From: Scyliorhinus canicula
Taxonomy: Eukaryota
Length of the DNA: 36,653 nucleotides
Assembly: GCF_902713615.1 (NCBI RefSeq)
Contig: NW_024055484.1
Location: forward strand, 1-36,653
Direction: 5' to 3'
Shown: positions 33,680 through 36,653 of the stretch, in pieces
Layout of the letters: every line of letters begins with the position of its first letter
Position numbering within the stretch: the first letter of the stretch is position 1
The notes under the pieces: generated by a model
Told to the model about the DNA's origin: nothing
The model's database searches: none
What the model saw: the letters and a program-made list of their open reading frames with translations, nothing else
Program-made: the position numbers and the translations under genes

Positions 33680-34330
33680 GAGTGGAGACTCTGGACCGAA
33701 GCTCTGAACAGGGCCAACAACACCTTCGCTTATGCAAGGCTAAACCTCATGCAACTGAAAGTAGTGCACAGAGCGCACCTGACAAGAACCACAATAAGGA
33801 GGTAGAGGACAAATGTGAACGGCACCAGGGAGCCGCAGCCAACCACACCCCCATGTTGTGGGCATGCCCCAGACGTGACGGGTTTTGGACAGCCTTCATT
33901 GAGGCAATGTCCAAGGTTGTGAGGGTGGACGCGTGCCCGGTGAATGGCAGTCTTCAGGATATCGAACCAGCCAGAACTATTCATAGGGAAAGGGGTCGAC
34001 CCCCTTGCCTTTGCTTCCCTAATCGCCCACCGAGGAATCCTGCTCAGTTGAAGATTAACAGCATGACTCACAACAGCAGACTGGGTGGCAGACGTGTCGT
34101 AATTTCTCCACCTGGAGTAAATAAAATTTGCCATTTGAGGGTAGGAGGAGGGCTTCCAAAAAACGAGGAGACAATTCACCACGCGTTCCAACATCTTTAC
34201 GAAGCCAACAGCCAAAAGAGCGAGGGGAGGGTAAGTTTGTGCATGTGTGTGTGTGTGTTTGTGGGGGGGGGGCGAACGAACGAGACAACAGAGAACAAAT
34301 AAGGAGGGGACGAGATTTGGAGGGAGATTA
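33680..34330 (+). mobile_element. L1 ORF2 C-terminal (zinc-knuckle-like) fragment
   Basis: ORF 33682: CER..GAAANHTPMLWACPRRDGFWTAFIEAMSKVV. Confidence 0.7.
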
Positions 34331-34951
34331 GGGAGAGAGGAGGGGAGGATGGAGCAACACTAGAACGGATAATAGGGGGCCTAGAGCAAGGCCACGAAGA
34401 AAAGAACTCCCAAAGAAACACCAAAGTAGAGACGAAGGATGGGGGCGGGGGGGGGGGGGGGTGGTAGGGGGAGCGGGGCCAATCTACTAAGTGGGAGAAG
34501 AGAAGGCGAAGGGGAAAGAGCTGCATTGATGTAAATAGATGACTTTCACCTATTTTACGTTATCTGATCGAATAAAGTATCTTAAAACAACAAAAACGGG
34601 GGCCAGAGGTGGTCCAGGAGTGGGTGCGGGTGGGTGTAAAGTCCTTGTATATTGTAGTCGCGTCACATACCCTTGTCCATTGTACAATGTATGATATCAA
34701 AAACTGTAATATAAGCATTTTTTAAAAATGGTTACATCTGCCATTGAACGTGCAGTGTGGTTTGTTCGACCACTCTTTGCCTGCTATTTCATATGTACCT
34801 CATGTTAATTTCGAAAGCTGGAGTATACAATTGTCTTGCAAATAGTTTATTTTGTTCAGGAGCATGAAATAGTGTGGCTGTAACATCTTTGTAAACAAAT
34901 ATGATTTCAGATTCTGTCGACATCTAAATATATTAATAGTCTTTTACATGA

Positions 34952-36209
34952 TCATGAAGCACTGTTCAACCTAAAACAACCAGTGATAATGGCGAAGGGA
35001 AAAATGAGCAACTTCTTCAGCTCATTTCGGAACTTGGTCTGCGCTACTGCATAGATGAAGGTGTTGTTGCAGGAACTGAGTAACTGAAGCATGTTGGTCG
35101 TTTCTTGAAATATGAAGTATGGGTCATTGAAATCCAGACCGGTGAAGTAGACCTCAGCTGTAACCCGAACGTATAGGAAATGTCCAACATATGTGACCCA
35201 GAGGAGGAGGAAGCTGAGCGAGATGGCGAAGAGCAGGACAATCGACTTCTTGCGGTTGGCTATCTCTGGATCTCCGTCACTCTCTGAGCCCTTCAGCCTC
35301 CTGCGGGCTCTGCTGGCCTCTACAATGTGCCTTACAGTCAGGGCGTTGAGCATCAGAATAAAGAAGAACGGAAGAAAAGGGGTTAATATGTGGTCGAGCC
35401 AGTCATAAGCTTGCCACGATGGGATCGTGTAATAGCTGGACTTAATATCGCAGAAGCAGGGAATCTCGTCCAATATGTACAAGGGCTCGTAGGTGAAGTA
35501 AAAAGGGATGTTCTTGACGTAGCTCAAGATAATGACAAGTCCTATGACCAGCAGTGCAGTTTTCTCGGTGCAGTATCTGGTCTTCAGTCTCTGACAGAAG
35601 ATGGATACAAAACGGTCGACGGTGAAGGCCACGGTCAGCCATACTGAACCATCACGGGTCGCATAAACGAGCACGGTGCTGACAGCGCATCCGGGGGTGA
35701 TCGATAGACATAGAATTTACAGTGCAGAAGGAGGCCATTCGCCCCATCGAGTCTGCACCGGCTCTTGGAAAGAGCACCCTACCCAAGGTCAACACCTCCA
35801 CCCTATCCCCATAACCCAGTAACCCCACCAAACACTAAGGGCAATTTTGGACACTCAGGGCAATTTATCATGGCCAATCCGCCTAATTTGCACATCTTTG
35901 GACTGTGGGAGGAAACCGGAGCACCCGGAAGAAACCCACGCACACACGGGGAGGATGTGCAGACTCCGCACAGACAGTGACCCAAGCAGGAATTGAACCT
36001 GGGACCCTGGAGCTGTGAAGCAATTGCGCTATCCACAATGCTACCGTGCTGCCCTATCTAAAGTAAATGCCACCAATCCGGTTGAGGATAACAGCGGTGA
36101 CCATGACAAGGAAGTCAGTCACTGCTAGCTATCGCTACCAGGTAGTAGGTGATACACCGAGAGAGTCCGCACCGTCCTCGGGATAGGATGATGATCGTCA
36201 TCAAGTTGG
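34952..36209 (-). pseudogene. GPR139-like: GPR139-like class A GPCR, large coding exon disrupted by a SINE and a 4-bp duplication; first exon not found in the window
   Basis: Acceptor ttacAG at 36210-36211; ANLMTIIILSRGRCGLSRCITYYLVAI-[gcta duplication 36124-36131]-AVTDFLVMVTAVILNRIGGIYFR-[SINE]-LSITPGCAVSTVLVYATRDGSVWLTVAFTVDRFVSI...NTFIYAVAQTKFR; stop at 34952-34954. Confidence 0.85.
35708..36054 (-). mobile_element. Young-looking full-length V-SINE inserted in the GPCR exon
   Basis: Near-consensus copy from catagaatttacagtgcagaaggaggccattcg to ccgtgctgccc. Confidence 0.9.
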
Positions 36210-36653
36210 CTGTAATAGAGAAAAGAGAGAGGCGTCACTGAGGAGACTCCAAAAACCAGCGACTCCCTGATCCATTCCGCTGCTGAATCCCTCCTGACCT
36301 GTCCATTTCGCACCTCCGCATTTCAATTATTCCAAAACCATTACTACTTGATGCAAATCCAATGCTGGATTAAACGTTTGTCAATTCATAAAATATCACA
36401 ATCAGTCCCTGCAACAAACTCCGCTCTCTGGCCACTGGGTCGATTCCCGTGGCTGGCCATCCTCTAAAGTTAGAGACCATTTACAATATTCAAGTCTTGT
36501 TTGACGGTGGGCTGAACTTCCAAACGCCCACATTCCCAAACCGACCATAAGCACCGACACTGCAAACTTCGACATTTCTCCACAGCCCATTGTATCGCCG
36601 GTCTGAAAGTCTGCCTTAGCTTAAGAGCTACTCAAACCCTTATTTACCACTTT

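Overview
Eukaryotic, repeat-rich DNA from a cartilaginous fish. A shark is inferred from the IgM exon sequences and the V-SINE/CR1 repeat landscape; the species cannot be determined here. The window holds one complete immunoglobulin heavy-chain (IgM) cluster on the + strand: leader (5532-5589), V exon (5718-6077), Cmu1-Cmu4 with secretory tail, TM1 and TM2 (ending 29363). V, D and J are already fused in frame with no recombination signals between them, while all introns are retained, so this is a germline-joined VDJ gene. It is pseudogenised by in-frame stops in the leader (5723), Cmu1 (15898) and Cmu4 (22836) and by a frameshifted secretory tail. A disrupted GPR139-like GPCR lies tail-to-tail downstream (34952-36209, -). 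The rest is LINE fragments (L1, RTE, CR1, L2/CR1-like, Rex/Babar), many SINEs (several nested), a MITE-like element, a Penelope-like hairpin and four tandem arrays (~583, 29, ~52 and 66 bp). Most ORFs in the supplied track are repeat-derived or spurious. Exon, splice and stop coordinates were counted by hand; repeat boundaries are approximate. Family names rest on remembered motifs, not database searches.
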